A stretch of 64,000 nucleotides of DNA from Chrysomallon squamiferum (GCA_012295275.1 CM022674.1:7378001-7442000), one strand, 5' to 3'; positions 1 to 15,309 are shown, numbered from the stretch's first letter. A program made the numbers and translations. Notes: generated from the letters alone by a model not told the origin.

Positions 1-62
1 TCCAGCTTAAGAATGAAAAATAATTTTCTATCTTCTGATTTCAAGACAAAAGCAAAACTTAC

Positions 63-120
63 CTTTACTTTACACACACTTCAAAACCAGCCCACCAACA
101 CAGGTGTATATGTTAACCAG

Positions 121-151
<31 letters not shown>

Positions 152-428
152 CCAATCTGATAAAATGAGAATTTATCTCGTTTGTCCACAAACTGACCAG
201 TACTTACAAAGTCTGGGTGGAGAATTGGTAATAAATTTCTGGCCTGTCCACCGCACCTAAACTGACCGACCACCTAAGTGACCAGCACCCTCGTAAAGTA
301 CCTGCCTATCACAGCCACTCGGATACACAGCAAACTGGCAACTGAAGTCACACTGCAGTAATTATCTGAGTACAGGCTTACTTATTGATTCACCACGTCC
401 CTCGCTCACAAACACTGGCTTTTATATA
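63..428 (-). promoter_or_regulatory. Candidate TATA promoter and alternative first exon (minus strand)
   Basis: TATATAAAAG on the minus strand at 428-419, a CpG-containing stretch at 250-410, and a perfect donor AAG|GTAAGT at 63/62. Confidence 0.3.
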
Positions 429-502
429 TCAGCCAGTGAGCCAGCCCCCTGTGAGTAAGTGACCCAGTAAGTGAGCCAGCAGTATGCCAACCAGCCAACC
501 CC

Positions 503-770
<268 letters not shown>

Positions 771-2084
771 CAAGATGCAGCAGTATTACCAGCTGGTCAC
801 TGGGATTGCTTTTTTGAAAGCTAAGTAAAATGACATTTCACCTGCAATGTTTGAAAACTTCCTAATGAAATTTGGCCAATGAATGGGACTTTTCTTTTGA
901 AAAGTAGCAGAATAAATACTGTGTGTTGACATTTGTTAGTGCAACTTAACAGGGGAAATAAAACTTAACCTTTAAAAAAAAAAAAAAAAAAACCTTTTAA
1001 AAATTAAATAAATGAATAAAAATGAAAGTTGAAATAAGTGGGAATTTAAATTTTTTTTTTTATTAATAATTAATATTAAAAAATTAAGTTTCATGCAATA
1101 ATTTTTTGTTAGAAGCATAGTAAGAAATAATTAGTATAAACATTTACTGCTTTCTATTTTGTGTGTTATTATTTTCTAATCTTATTTATTTATTTATTTT
1201 TTTTTTATTAAATTATTTTGAACACAGAAGTAGTTATTTTCTGTCAGACATTTTTGTGGATATCTTTGTGACTATTTCCATCACACAAAGTTTTTGTTCT
1301 GACAAGTTGTAGGAGTGTCTAAAAGAAATTTCTTCAAGCATGCCTGTTGTGGATCAAATTGCTTTGCGATAATGTTGGTATCCTAATGTCTGAAAACTTC
1401 ATGGTATTTTTTGATGACACAAACATCAGATTACTGTGAGTGTGGATAGTCTGCTATGTTTCTATTAGAAAACTGTTCATGCATGGTTGTCGTGGTCTCT
1501 GATTTCTGTCTAGATTGGGATCTAACGTCAGATACACGAATATTTACACATCTTTGTCATGCAATGTGTGTTCATTGTTTCACATTAATGAACACCGATG
1601 TCAGATTTCCCCATGGACAGAACATTAATTATATAATCACTGGAGTGCGACTGAACAATTATTGTAATTGCAACCAGTTGTGAGGTAAATGGTATATCTC
1701 ACACATGCATATAAATTAATGTATGTCACATGACTAATTTAACTATAATACATTTGCGACTGTACAGTAAATGATGCATTATGTAAATATACATGTGTGT
1801 GTGTGTGTGGAAATAAGGAAATAAAAGTAAAATGTAATATCAATCAATTTAATTAAATGGTTCTGTAATATCACATACACTCTTTTAAATTGGTGACAAT
1901 AACCCAGTGAAACACAAGCTACAAATGAAAAGTTTATTTTTATTTCTGTAAAGCAAGGTAGAGTAAATAAATATGGTAGACTGACTTTTGTTAATGTGTG
2001 TAGTGGAAGTGTGGTAGAAAATGAGAATGTTTTTTAGTTGTGTAGCAACTGGGTTGTCATGTAAATAAATGTTAAATACTTTAC

Positions 2085-2585
2085 ATTATTAAACTAGATG
2101 CAGTTGTATAACCAGAGTATCACATATGTGGTATATTTAAGTGTAAACCAAATGTAGAAGCACAGTGAGCAACACATCATGTACATGTTAATAATGTAAA
2201 ACATACATTATGTCATTAATTTAAATAAATGTTACACAATGAATTTAAATATAAATTAAATACAGCTGTATACAGTATCCAGAGTATCACACATGTATGT
2301 TAATTTTTACATAATACATTACATCATTACTTTAAATATATGTTAGTTAATAAACTTAAATGTAAATTAGATACTGTTACACAGTAATCAGTATATCACA
2401 ATGTATGTAAGTTACTGTAAACATTACACAATTTAAATATATATGACATAATACATATAAATTAGATACATACATACAGATAATGCTGAGCTGTATGTCA
2501 TATGTATGTTAATAAGGTAAAAAGATACATCATATAATTATTTCCAAATGTAAACTAGATACAGATATGTAATAATCAGTGCGTC
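2085..2585. repeat. Degenerate ~100-bp tandem array
   Basis: AAA(C/T)TAGATAC...CAG(A/T)(G/A)TATCACA..TGTATGT recurs about 5 times. Confidence 0.55.
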
Positions 2586-4147
2586 TCATTAGTGTTAACA
2601 AAGAAATACATTAATTTGTCCACTTGGTGAAAATAAAGGATGTGCAGAAATCTATAGTGAATGAAGGAATTAAATTGCAGTCATTAAATCTTTTATAATT
2701 TGACATGTAATTATTTGATGTATGTGTTGGTAATCTTAACAGACTGATAAAACTGAGTTTAACTGCATGAAGTAATGAGTTATCTGAAGCAGGATTTTGT
2801 GAGGTTAAAAAAATTAGTGTTTTATTAGCGATAATAATAGATTAAATTAAACACAAAATAATTTTATTAGTGTTGTTATTTATGGCAGGGTTGGTTTGAT
2901 GCTCATAACAGGTGAAATAAAATGGAAAATTACAGATACAAAATGCATTTAAAAAAATTAAATTATACAATAAAATACAGTATTATATAATGTTGTGTAA
3001 CAGAATACAATACAATGAAACTGAATACAGTATAAAAAATACAATAAAACAAAATAAAAATAGTAAAATAAAATAAAAATACTTTTTTTTAATATATTTG
3101 CTTAATATCAGTATGCAGTTATTTATTTTTGAAATTATTATTTTTACCTTTTTTACCTGTACTTCCATTACATGCTAGGTGCTAACGATTATTTTATTAC
3201 TTTTAAATCTGCATCAGAAGTCAGATACGTGGATTTACCTGTAATCACATGACTCATCAACTATAGTTCACATTATTTCCACCTGTAAATCACAGGTCTG
3301 ATTAAACAATTAACATGCGTTTTGTTACCTGTTTATATATTGTTACCTTTATGTTTAATGTAAATCTTTACCTTGTAGGAATGTTGCTTATATACTGTTA
3401 CCTTTAACTAACTTTAAGGTAAATCTTTACCTTGTTGGAATGCAGTTTAATTCAAAGTGAGATTATTTACCTGGATATTATTACTGAATTAATGCAAATT
3501 AAGCTTTCTACAAATACCACCAAAGAATTAAATACAAGGTATATTTTTCACCTTCTCAAAATTACTTGCTTAATCAGCAGGAAATTTTCACCTGTTCATC
3601 ATTTTAGAATTAGTTAAGATCCCACCTGCATATAATTACCTGTTAATTCGAAGGTAAGATTTTCACCTGTATGTAATTACTTTTCAAACTATTTCTTGGG
3701 GAGAATTATGAAACTGATTTTGTTTGCCTGTGAGAACATCATTCACAGGTATGGACATAGTTATTTCACCTCTCACATATTACCTGTCTTCCCAAACTGC
3801 CCACCTGACAGAAAATGCAAGAATCACCTGGCCAACAACAAAATCTGTAATAAAATCTCCTGCTGCCCGCCCCCCCTGGGCTCATTGTTACATCACCTGT
3901 CAATCACCTCATTGGTTTACACTGGTATTCAAACCAGGCTGATAGACTGGTGTCTGTCTTTAAATCACTCAAGCGTGACACGGGTGACTGCATGCTTTCA
4001 ATGGGGCCGGTCACATAAATGCACGGTCAATTGAAAAGTTATGGCCGTGGTCAAAGAAAGTGGACAAACAAAGCACTCAATTACCTGAGTAGTTAAATGA
4101 AGAGGTTTTGGTCATTTCATGCGGCAATGTAACTGCAGGTACTTATG

Positions 4148-4290
4148 GTGAAAGCTTATTGTGAAATGTTGTGAAACATTGTGAAACACTTATTATTGTG
4201 AAACACTGGAGCACTTGTTGAGAAAGAGATACTTTGTAAAACGTATTGTGAAACACTTTGTAAAATAAACATTGTGAAACGTGTTGTGGA
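4148..4290. repeat. Degenerate short-unit tandem repeat (TTGTGAAACA core)
   Basis: About 10 TTGT(G/A)AAA(C/T) units. Confidence 0.7.
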
Positions 4291-4440
4291 CCAGGTTCTT
4301 GCAAACTGAAATAAATAATCTTGATCTTTTGTTGAGGTTTCAGACTTACAGACAGGTGTAGACACACACAGACACACCCCCACATACAGGCACACACAGG
4401 CACGCACAGACATAAACAAACACACACAGACAGACAGACA

Positions 4441-4490
<50 letters not shown>

Positions 4491-5599
4491 GACGCACACA
4501 CTTTACATATTAAAGATGCTTTTACAAGAAGCAGATTTTCTTTCAACCAGCAACATCAGCCAAATTGAAAATAACCACAGAATGTTTGGCAAAGCTTCCA
4601 CAAAATCTTTTCTGTCATTAAACATGAATGTCCAGTATCTTCAAGAACACCTCCTTGAAACATCATTACTACATCAAAGGGAGATAATTCTAAAAAGATC
4701 ATGTTCTCCGTTGAATGTTATTTCCTCCTTAACCGAGGAATGTATTTTTACCTGCATGCAATTAACAAACTTTAAGTGTTGAAAGCACTACCTCTTCAGG
4801 TTCTTAACATAAATAATGAAAATAATTATTTAAATAAAAAAAATTTAATGAGGATATTTAAAACAGCTGGCTAAAAAGATATCTCTAAAAAAAAAAAAGG
4901 AAAATGATTGTTTTTTTTGTTTTTTTTTACCAACTTGTGTAAGATATTGTGGAGCAAGGATAAAGTACAAACCAGGCTTCAGTTTTTCCCATTCTAACAA
5001 TGACAGATGTTGTCAAAGGCCAGAATTTTGCTGTCTATGTCAAGATGTAAACAAAATAAGTTGATTAGTCTGCATGAATCAGACTACTGCAGAATAAAGA
5101 TTGTGTTCTTTTTCAAATCATAACAAATTTTTGTTATTTTTATTTTTTGTGTTAACAATAAGTTGGAAATATCATGTTTATAAAGCTCTAACAAATAAAT
5201 AAATAAATAAATAAATAATAATAATCGTAATATGAAGAAGAAGAAGAAGAAAAAACAAAAAGAAACAAAACAAAAAAATCCCATATCAGTTGCTATTTTA
5301 AAGATAATTATTCTTTGAACATGAAAATATTTTATTTATATCAAAACATAAACCACCAGTTTTTGCATATCAACAACAATCTCTTACAAAACTAAAACCA
5401 AATGACCTTTAACCTCCAGAACAATTTTATAACTGTCGTAACTGTCACTTACACTAGGCAATACCTATCTACTGTTTCAGCAGTCACAGTACACCAAGGT
5501 GTAACCAGTTTTCAGAATCACATGATCATCTGTTCACCATGATACTGGGGTATCAACTACATCTAACATAGTTAAACTTTTTACTGATAAATGATGACA

Positions 5600-5772
5600 G
5601 TACCTTCACTGACAAGGAGGGTAATCAGATAATTAGCATAAAAAAAAAAAAACCATTCATTGTTCTTGTAAATGTTCTTGGTGGAATGGGAAAAAACACA
5701 ATGGAGGCAATTGGTTAGTATTGATCCTACAGCCTGTGACATGTGAAGCCAGCACTCTAATCACATAGCTGA
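5600..5772 (-). mobile_element. Degenerate SINE fragment (tRNA-derived head)
   Basis: ...TGGGAAAAAACACAAT...TTGATCCTACAGCC...AGCACTCTAATCACATAGCT looks like a CpG-decayed, reverse-complemented A-box/B-box SINE head (recalled similarity). Confidence 0.3.
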
Positions 5773-7959
5773 GTGTTTGATTTTGTTTGTTTTCAATGGG
5801 TGTAATAAATAATTAAACCAAACAGTATCTCACTATATATATATATATACACATATATTCAACCTACCCAGATACAGGAAAACACTTGGAAACAGGAAAT
5901 TACTTGAATATGAAGTCGAGTGAACACAACTGCCATTGATTGTCCAGCCTAACATGGTTATGGGTCAAGTGTCACAGGTCAAGGGCCAGTTTATATTATT
6001 ATGCTGTTGACAAATTATTAAAACTGATCATATACTTCTTTATGATTTTATAATGTACCCAGTCTGCAAAGAATTTGGCATTGAATATTATTATTTATTT
6101 TTTTTATTTTATATTTTTTTATTTATTGATTATTTTTTATTTATTGATTATTTTTTTTTATTTTTAATTTAAACAACAAAAAAATAAAGATTCTGATATA
6201 GACGAAACAATTTATTAAAATTTATTTTTAATTTATTTCAATATCAGTAGAAAAATACTGAACTGACTTCATGCTGACAAATTAACACAAACAAATCTAG
6301 CCTGTATACTGAGCAAAACAAGTATGGGCATGTCAACATTTGTACAACAAGCATTGTCATTTTATTCATCAAAATTTATGATCAGTTAAAATTTTCAAGT
6401 CTTTGTGATAAAACTGAAATGTTAGATGTCCCACTTTTCTATTTATCCACCTAACCACTGATCCACTAACTCACACTAATCTGTCTACCTACATTATTTC
6501 CATCAAAGTGTTCTTACTATCTCATACCTGTAGATTTACCTGTCTACTACCATAATCCACCCCCACCCATACACTTACCTCTCTATTACCAAAATCCCTC
6601 CACCCATCCGTCTTCTTACCCACAGGCTCGTCCATCCATCAACCCATCAATCACTATCAATCAATCCATCAATCAACCCATCAATGAATTCATCAATCAT
6701 TTACCTGTTGTTTTCTGATAACATTTTCCACTCGTACAGACTTTCACTTTTGCACCCACCAACCCACCAATTTCAGTCCTCACAGACAAACAAAGTTCAT
6801 TGAAAAGTGAAGAAAAAAAGAGAGAGAAATAAAGAAAGAGAAAGAAAAGAAAAAATGGCAGTGTAATTATTGTACACAACATGCTTGACTTGCCAAACAG
6901 AATCGAACACGTCACGGTGAATACGAACAATCACAACACATCTGTCCTCCATTCTGCCTGACAGACGCACGGACACAGCAAGTGTAAAAATAAACATCAG
7001 CTGTTTTACCTACGGCTTACTGATGTCTTTTGGTTTTGTAAAGAAGACAAGTAAATATGAGAGAAAAGTTTGTGAACCCTTTTCTCACCCGCCCCAAAAA
7101 ACTAATTTATCCAATAATAATAATAAATAATCTTTATTTATCTTTTCACATCAGGTCAATTATGGCCAATGAACCATGAAGCTGGTCATGGGAGGTGAAC
7201 ATATTAGTACGGTTCAGTGAATGTTTATCTATACAATGTCAGAAATAATAAATAAAATAAAAATGAGAAGAGCTACATCAAAATAATGGTCAGTATATAG
7301 ATTACCTCTCAAGAAGATATTGCTACTAATGACCTGTCATATATATTTAGTAATCACCACATCACTGCTTTATATTACCTGTAATATATGTTTTGTATCC
7401 TACATGTACATACACAAACAGACATGTCAACACACACCTACCACAGAATACATACATGTATACATACACACCATCACACAGACATTTCTACCCATACCCA
7501 CAAACAACATGTGCATTTTATCAAACACATACACACAGATAAACATATTGAGAAAAAAAGTAAACATTTCCTGCTATACATATAAGCATATATATGTATA
7601 TATATGTATATTGTGGTATATTGTTATTGTTAACATACATGACTATTTTGTCAGTGTTTGTTGCTTTATGCATGTAACATGTATCTGTATATATATATTT
7701 GTATTTATTCAAATTAGCGTTGTACATTTATTATTGTATTGCCATAAATGGACCCTGTGATGAAGAAGTGTTAAACAAAGTGACACGATGTGTAACATCT
7801 TGGAAGTTTGTTTATGACCATACATGTTAATACAATGTTAACAATAAAACAGGTCACTGTAAAATTATGACATCAAGTTACCATGACAATCAATACTATA
7901 GAGATCATATAACAAGCAATTAAGTGTATGTGGTTTTGAGTACATGACTGTGTGTGTGA

Positions 7960-8019
<60 letters not shown>

Positions 8020-8383
8020 AAAATAAAAATAAACTTAAATGTTCATCACCACTGAAACAAAGAACAACCTCTTTAAAAATAAAGGATTGTTTCATTTAAG
8101 ATTTTTATACATACTTACTGTTCATCACCTTGTATAAGAACAACCTGTTTATAAAGGACTGCTGTATTTAGATCTTAGCCTGAAAACACTTTCTGTTCAT
8201 ATAATTGTCTGTTACTCAGTCTATAATGATTTCAAGATTATCCTACATAATACTGAGAAGAAACCATCAGAACAACCAATCATTCCAAACAGTTTAAAAT
8301 ACTCAATCCATAAATTTTCTGTAAGATTATTCTAAAAAGGCAAAATCCAGCTTAAAAACTTACCAGACATTCTAAGCAGATTG

Positions 8384-8493
8384 AGACTGTAATGCCTGAA
8401 AGACACAGACCCAGACTGTAAAGTCTAAAAAGACAGACTGTAAAGTCTAAAAAGACAGACTGAGATGTCTAAAAGAACAGACTGTAATGTCTG
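8384..8493. repeat. 22-bp tandem repeat (~5 copies)
   Basis: Unit CAGACTGTAAAGTCTAAAAAGA with variants. Confidence 0.8.
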
Positions 8494-10017
8494 GATGATT
8501 ATTCTGAATCACACAAAGAGTCAAGCAGAAAAGTGACCAATCGTTAGTTTCAAACTTGGTTTACTGCACAGTTGACAACAGTGTTTGTACAGTGTGTGTT
8601 TAGTATTAAGTGTTTATTAAACAGGTCAGTGTGAAATACGGTCGTACTGTAACACCATTATCATAACAGTCAATACTGTCCTTGGTCAACCTGAACATTG
8701 ATTTGTACACTTTCTGTCAACCCTTTAATATAGACTTCTTTGTTAATCCAGCAGAGATTTTTGCTGTATCCTTCCTTAAGGTTGACATATAATTAACGTA
8801 CATTATCTTTCGTATTGTACAGTGATGTATATAATTTACATAAGATAAATGTTATCAGCTAAACAAAAAGAAACAAAATATTCTGATACATGAAAGTGTG
8901 CCTGTACCCTAAAGACCTTCTGCCACGCTTCAGTGAATAAGACAGTAACATATCTGGGTCCTGGGTAATTCTGTGATAAAATAAAGTAACAGCTGATGTG
9001 TTCAAAACACAAGATTAATTAAATGTAACTGTTGTTACCATGGTGACTACATTTATACAAGGATGCAAAATGTAACCTGTGTTCATTTGTAAAAAACAAA
9101 CATTTATAATTTATAATTTATAAAACATATTTTATACTGTAAACAAGCTGTGCCTAATGTGGCATAAACTAACCAGTAAAATATTACTGATTATAATAAT
9201 TATCCAGCCAGTGAATGAATACTGTAATATTCTGTGATATATAATATTACACACACACATGCACACACACACACACATATTGAGCTATATAAAACAAAGA
9301 GCTATATATATCTATTTATATATATATATTCTAACTTATCAAAATAGTAATAGTAGACAATTGTCAACTGAAAAATTTAATATTGTTAGCATTATAAACT
9401 TTTGAATAAACATCAGCTCAAACTAATTTCTACATCGCAAATGTTTTTACAAAGTTAGATTTAGTTCACCTATTTTTGTTCAGTACTTCTATGTTGTGAG
9501 TTTTTGAAGGCAGGAACCTCATTATACAATAATCAGGTAAATGCAAAATTATAGCTTATGAGAAGGCACACAAAAAGATCACTTGTTGCTGACCAATAAG
9601 AATAAATTATTAGTCAAATGTGTAATATAATATGTATTATACAGTCATGTGTAAAATGCATATAGTCATGTATAATTTGTAATGTATCTGTGTAGTCACA
9701 TTTGTACTGTTACATTAAAAAGATATTATGTATAATGACAAGGAAGACACCTATATTAATATATTATACATGTGACTATACCATATCCTGATTATGTCAG
9801 GATACACTCATTAATAATGGTTTCATTTTTCATATTTTAAACAATGCAAATGTTTTGTTAACTACTTCAGCATAATCAGAAATTCTCAAGATACTCAACT
9901 ATTTGAATTATTGTATGAAAACACAATACTTTTTATTTTATTTTAGCCTTTCAATTTACAATATATATATAATATATATTTTTTTAAAGTATTGTAACAG
10001 TTAAATGCTGCGCTCAC

Positions 10018-10103
10018 CTCATGAGTAATGAAGGACTGTCCCCACCGTCTTGCCTCGCAGATCCACCCTGATACCATCCACGCCCAGGTGACTTGAACAA
10101 AAG
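10018..10103 (-). other. Probable internal 86-nt exon of an unidentified minus-strand gene (5' UTR or start of CDS)
   Basis: A GC-rich island in AT-rich DNA, bounded on the minus strand by the acceptor TTCTGTTTTATTAATTCACAG and the donor GAG|GTGAG. The ATG at 10077 reads MVSGWICEARRWGQSFITHE to the donor in phase 0. The peptide is not recognised. Confidence 0.55.
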
Positions 10104-10282
10104 CTGTGAATTAATAAAACAGAATTGATATTTGTGTTAAAAACTGGTATCACTGTTTAAACCATTCATCATTCAACTGCTAAATAGATGTTTGTACTAA
10201 TCTACATGTATGTATGCATGTGTGAACTTTACCTCATGTGAATGATAATATATATCTATATGTATGTCTGTATGCATATATG

Positions 10283-10320
<38 letters not shown>

Positions 10321-10594
10321 CATATATGCATACAGACATACATACATATGCATGCACACATATATACATATATCTATATATCTATATATACACTTAAAAT
10401 AATAAACAAAATTAATAATATTAATAAAAATATCAAACCCAGCAGGTTATCAGACAATAAGAATAACAAATAATCTCTGTGTTACTCTTAACTGACAATT
10501 TATCCAAAATCAATGAAGCTTAATTCAACACACACAAAGAAGTCAGCCTGAAACAGAACCATGCGACAAGTTTCCCACATTCAGTCTGATGAGA

Positions 10595-10761
10595 ACACAC
10601 ACACACACACACACACAGAGACACAGATACACACACACAGACACAGAAACACACACACACACACACAGACACACACACACATACACACACACACACACAC
10701 AACACACTCATGATATTCATGAGAGAGATTAGTTCTATGGTTAGAATACTCTTCTGAAGAG

Positions 10762-10799
<38 letters not shown>

Positions 10800-10996
10800 A
10801 CAACAAGCATATACAACAGATACACACACACACACACACAAACACAAGCATATACAACAGATATATCCACAAACACAGATACAGATATACACACACAGAT
10901 ACTCACACTTACATAAGCTTATATACAAATATCTCCAAATCCATTCAGTCCATTATGTCAACTTATTTTTTTCCTCTTACAACTTTTTTAATCTTT

Positions 10997-11044
<48 letters not shown>

Positions 11045-11230
11045 CATACATACATACACACATACACACATATATATACCTACATATATACATACTTTTC
11101 TTATCATTCAAAAATATATATACATATAAACAAACACACACACACAAAAAACACACCTCTTTACCAATTGCTGTCTGTCTGTCTGTCAGTGTCTCATTCT
11201 CTCTCTCTCACAACACATGCACACACGTAA
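10595..11230. repeat. (CA)n/(TA)n microsatellite field
   Basis: Directly visible; representative of many such tracts in the window. Confidence 0.9.
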
Positions 11231-11277
11231 CACACAAATCAATGAATACACCAACACAGAAACACCTGAAATCTCAC

Positions 11278-11419
11278 CTGCAGTGCTGTGAATGCATTAT
11301 TAACACTTTCTGCCACAACCAACCTCCAGATAATGCGAGAAAAAAACAGCACCACTACAGCCTTAACTAAAGTGCATCACGCAAACTGCATCATGTGAAA
11401 AAACCTGGAGTTCTACTGA
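11278..11419 (-). promoter_or_regulatory. Candidate alternative first exon of the minus-strand gene
   Basis: Initiator-like TCAGT at 11419-11415, donor CAG|GTGAGA at 11278/11277, and locally retained CpGs. It lies 1.2 kb upstream of the 86-nt exon. Confidence 0.3.
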
Positions 11420-12439
11420 CATCATACGCGCATGGCTTGTATAGAAATATTGATTTTTTTTAAACACATAAAATATTTCCTGCAGTGAGGAACAGGATAT
11501 AGATGTAGGTTGCCGATAGTGACGTAGATCTTGAGTACAAATACATGAATGACTGAATAATAAGACAGAAGAATGACAGAAACTTGATACTCATCAAGCT
11601 ATCAAGTGACGTGACATACTGAGTATGAATTTAAACAGATTACTTCATATGTAATCTATACTTTATTTATTCACATGTATAATATATTGTATAGTAGTCA
11701 CATGTATAATATATTATACAGGAACATGTGTAATATACTCTATACATTCACATGTGTAATATATTGTAAAGTAGTCATATGTATAATACATCTATATAGT
11801 CACACATATAACATAATTGCATATATGTGTTTGAATGTATATTTGCATGTATGTATGTTTGTATATATGCATGTGTGTATATTTATGCATCACTGCCCAA
11901 GATGGAGGTATGCCTATCATAAACATTTATCATCTAATGTCTAGTTATGCTTTCGTGCCAAGTTATAAACCTGGAGTACAGCCAGGGATGATCTCAGAAC
12001 CTTCCAGTCTTTAATATGATGACTTAACCAATTATGTGTACTCACAGTTCTAATAAAAACCAACTGTATGATACATTCCACATACATGTGTAAGATAATC
12101 AGTTTACAAATGTAACAGATCAAATATGAAAGTGATAATAAAAGTTATGTTATTCTTGCTAACTTTGTTATATATATACATGCAAGAACTGAAGAGAGCA
12201 CAAAAAAAAAAAGTCAATAAAAATTAAAAATAAAATAAAAATAAAATAAAAATTAAATTAAAATAAATAAAATCAATAAAATAAAATAAAATAAAATAAA
12301 ATAAAATAAAAAAAATAAATAATAATAAAATAAAAATAAAAAAATAAAAAAAATATATTCAGTGGTTTATTTAATGATAGTTCTAATACAATTTCAGTCT
12401 AATTATACAAAATATTTTTATCAATAATAACAGTAAGTA

Positions 12440-12790
12440 ACAGTGAACAATACAAACTTTAAGAAAAGTACTAATTGACAGACAGACAGAGACCAGTCCA
12501 CTGGTAATAACATCCTACTAGAACAGTGAACACAACAAAGATTAAGAAAAGTACTGACAGACAAACAGACACAGACCAGTCCACTGGTAATAACATCCTA
12601 CTAGAACAGTGAACACAACAAAGATTAAGAAAAGTACTGACAGACAAACAGACATACCAGAGCGACAACAGACACTGTAATGGTGAACACAAAGTTTAAT
12701 AAAGAACTGACAGACATACAGATATAGAAAAATTCATCAGTAAAACAGAACCCAAAGTTTAAGACTGACAAACATACAGACATATTAGAA
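12440..12790. repeat. 83-bp tandem repeat (2 near-identical copies plus degenerate flanking copies)
   Basis: GACCAGTCCACTGGTAATAACATCCTACTAGAACAGTGAACACAACAAAGATTAAGAAAAGTACTGACAGAC begins at both 12491 and 12574. Confidence 0.9.
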
Positions 12791-14321
12791 TTATTCTGTA
12801 TGACAGACAAACAGTGAATGCAACGTAAAAGATCAAATTAAAGAGAACTAATAAAGCATGTAATAAAGACCCATGTGATACTGTTAGTATCTGATTGCAT
12901 TACATAATTACGTTTATACACAGCCAAAGGCAACATATGGTAACTTGGTGATGAAAAATCATACGTACGTTTAAACAATATCGTATATGAATGGAAAAAC
13001 TGGTTAAATACAAATGCTTCTGGCAAAGGATTCTAAATATCTGACAGAAAATTGTACAGTATTTAAGATCCTTTTTCAAATGGTACCATAGTTTGTATTT
13101 AACATTAATATGGGTATGTAACAGATGCTTAAACATGTTTTTGCTGCAATAGATGATGAATAACCGATAGCATATATTAATAAATATTTAATATCAGTAT
13201 GCAACAATTTATATTCATATAAAAGTTTAATAATGGCTTTTTTTTGAGTGCCACATAATAAATGATATTAAATTATACACATTTGAAATCTGCAGAAAAA
13301 GTTGTTTAAGCATGCTTGCTGTGGGAAATATGTAGTAAATTACTGGTAGGAAAAATATGCGAAATATTCATCTGCATTTAAACAGTTTAAAAAGCTTACA
13401 TTTTTATTTTTTTATATATAACTGTTCAGTCATGCTTGTACACACCAAATAGTAGTTTATATTGAATGCTAACATGAGTATGGAAAACTGTTCAAGCATG
13501 CTTGCAGTGGGTAACATATGGTGAATAACTGTTATAACATTACATAATGTTCTGACAGCAGGTTGTGAATAATCTATGATAAAAACCGATTATCCCAATC
13601 TGGCCTGTGTTCACGTTGACATGAAGTAGCAAGGTAGATAATTTTCTTATATATCATGTTACCATTATTTTTATTATGTGTTGTGGTGTATTGTAATGTA
13701 ATGTAATGTAACATATTATATTAAATATATAATATTACATTATAGTATATTATATTATACATTCAGACATTCTGATACAGTTTAAGTATTTTTATTATTA
13801 TTATTTTTTTTTTTTCAACCAGACAAAGGAAAAAAAAAAAAAATGTAACTTTTTTCTGTGATTTTGCTGATGAAAACAAGTTGATCCTTTTTCATTTTCT
13901 TTTGAATATAGAACTGATTGACATAAAAATATAATAATCGTCTTTACTCTGAAAATGAAAGAATGTTGAAGGAAGGAAGAAAAGTATGGAAAAATAAAAG
14001 AGGTATTCACAGAAAACAATTGTAAGAATTCACCAAAAAAAAAAAAAAAAAAAAAAAAAATAATAATAGTAAAAAACAAATTATAATCATAATAATACAA
14101 TGAAAGCTAAAACAGACAATCTAAAAAAAAAAGAAAGAAAAGAATAAAAATGTATACAGAAGACTGCACAAAAATGAACAAAAATGAAAGAATGATTAAT
14201 GAACAACATGATAGAAAAAAATTAAATTATGAAAGATAAGAAAAAGAATATAATGTATACAAAATAAAAATTTAAACATTTTAAAAATAAAAGAAAGGAA
14301 ATGAAAAAAATACAAACACAG

Positions 14322-14891
14322 GAATTACATTCAGTACAACTACTGGCTTAAAGAAAGTAAAAAATTAATAACATGTTTTTCATGTTTGTAGTAGTATCTG
14401 GTAATTTGATGATTGATTATAGGAAAGAGCAGCAAAAACATATTTTTGTTTTTAATATCCTTAACTTTGTACATGAACAACAACAACAACAACAACAACA
14501 ATTTTAAATAATAATGACCATCATCATCATCATCATCATCAAATTATACAATATGCATTATTAAACCAGGTGGTCTGATTAAGCAGGTTTCACTGAAAGA
14601 AATATTAAACAAACCACTTAAATAATAAATCCCTTCATGTGTCAAACAAAATTACTCAGTCTTTCCATGTTATTGATAAAATGAAACATTTGTAACTTAA
14701 AAGAAAAACTGAACTTGAGAAGGAACAAAATAAAAAAAGGAAGAAAAATGGTAATTGATTCATGGGAACCCCCCTGCCCAGAAACCAACAATCCTAGACA
14801 AAACTAAAACCAATGAAAAGAAATAATAACAAAACAAAAATGTTTTACAAGATTTTTTTCTGAAGAAAGAAATAATGTATCAGAAAAAATG

Positions 14892-14929
<38 letters not shown>

Positions 14930-15084
14930 AAATAATTTTAAAAACTATAGAAAAAGGAGAAACATCACAAGAATCACATTCAGCATAATGAGTGCCTGAG
15001 GAATAGTGAAAAATTAATAACATGCTTTTCATGTTTGTGGCAGTAACTGGTAATTTGATGATTGATTATAGGAAAGAGCAGCAA
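14322..15084. repeat. Local direct duplication of ~110 bp (14322-14434 and 14971-15084)
   Basis: Shared core AAAAATTAATAACATG.TTTTCATGTTTGT...TGGTAATTTGATGATTGATTATAGGAAAGAGCAGCAA, about 650 bp apart. Confidence 0.85.
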
Positions 15085-15309
15085 CACCATTTCTATAATT
15101 GCAGTTTAAACATGTATCAACAAAAAACAATAATTACAAAGCAGACAAACGCTGTTATTATTATGACAAACAAACCAAGCATTATTACAACAGTCAGAAA
15201 AGGTGGTCTTAGTAAACAAGGAGTGTTCTCAAATAGGTTTCCGGAGGTGGTTTGATTAAACAAGAACATGAAAGTATTTTCAAATTAATCTCACTGAACA
15301 ATTAAAGAA

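Noticed and set aside
3696-4034. 112-aa non-repetitive ORF
   Set aside because: It has no recognisable domain or splice context, overlaps the YACCT cluster, and is probably a chance ORF.
14322-15260. Duplicated C/D-box snoRNAs (TGATGA...CTGA)
   Set aside because: There is no terminal stem, the second copy lacks a proper D box, and the strand is opposite to the putative host gene. A local duplication explains it.
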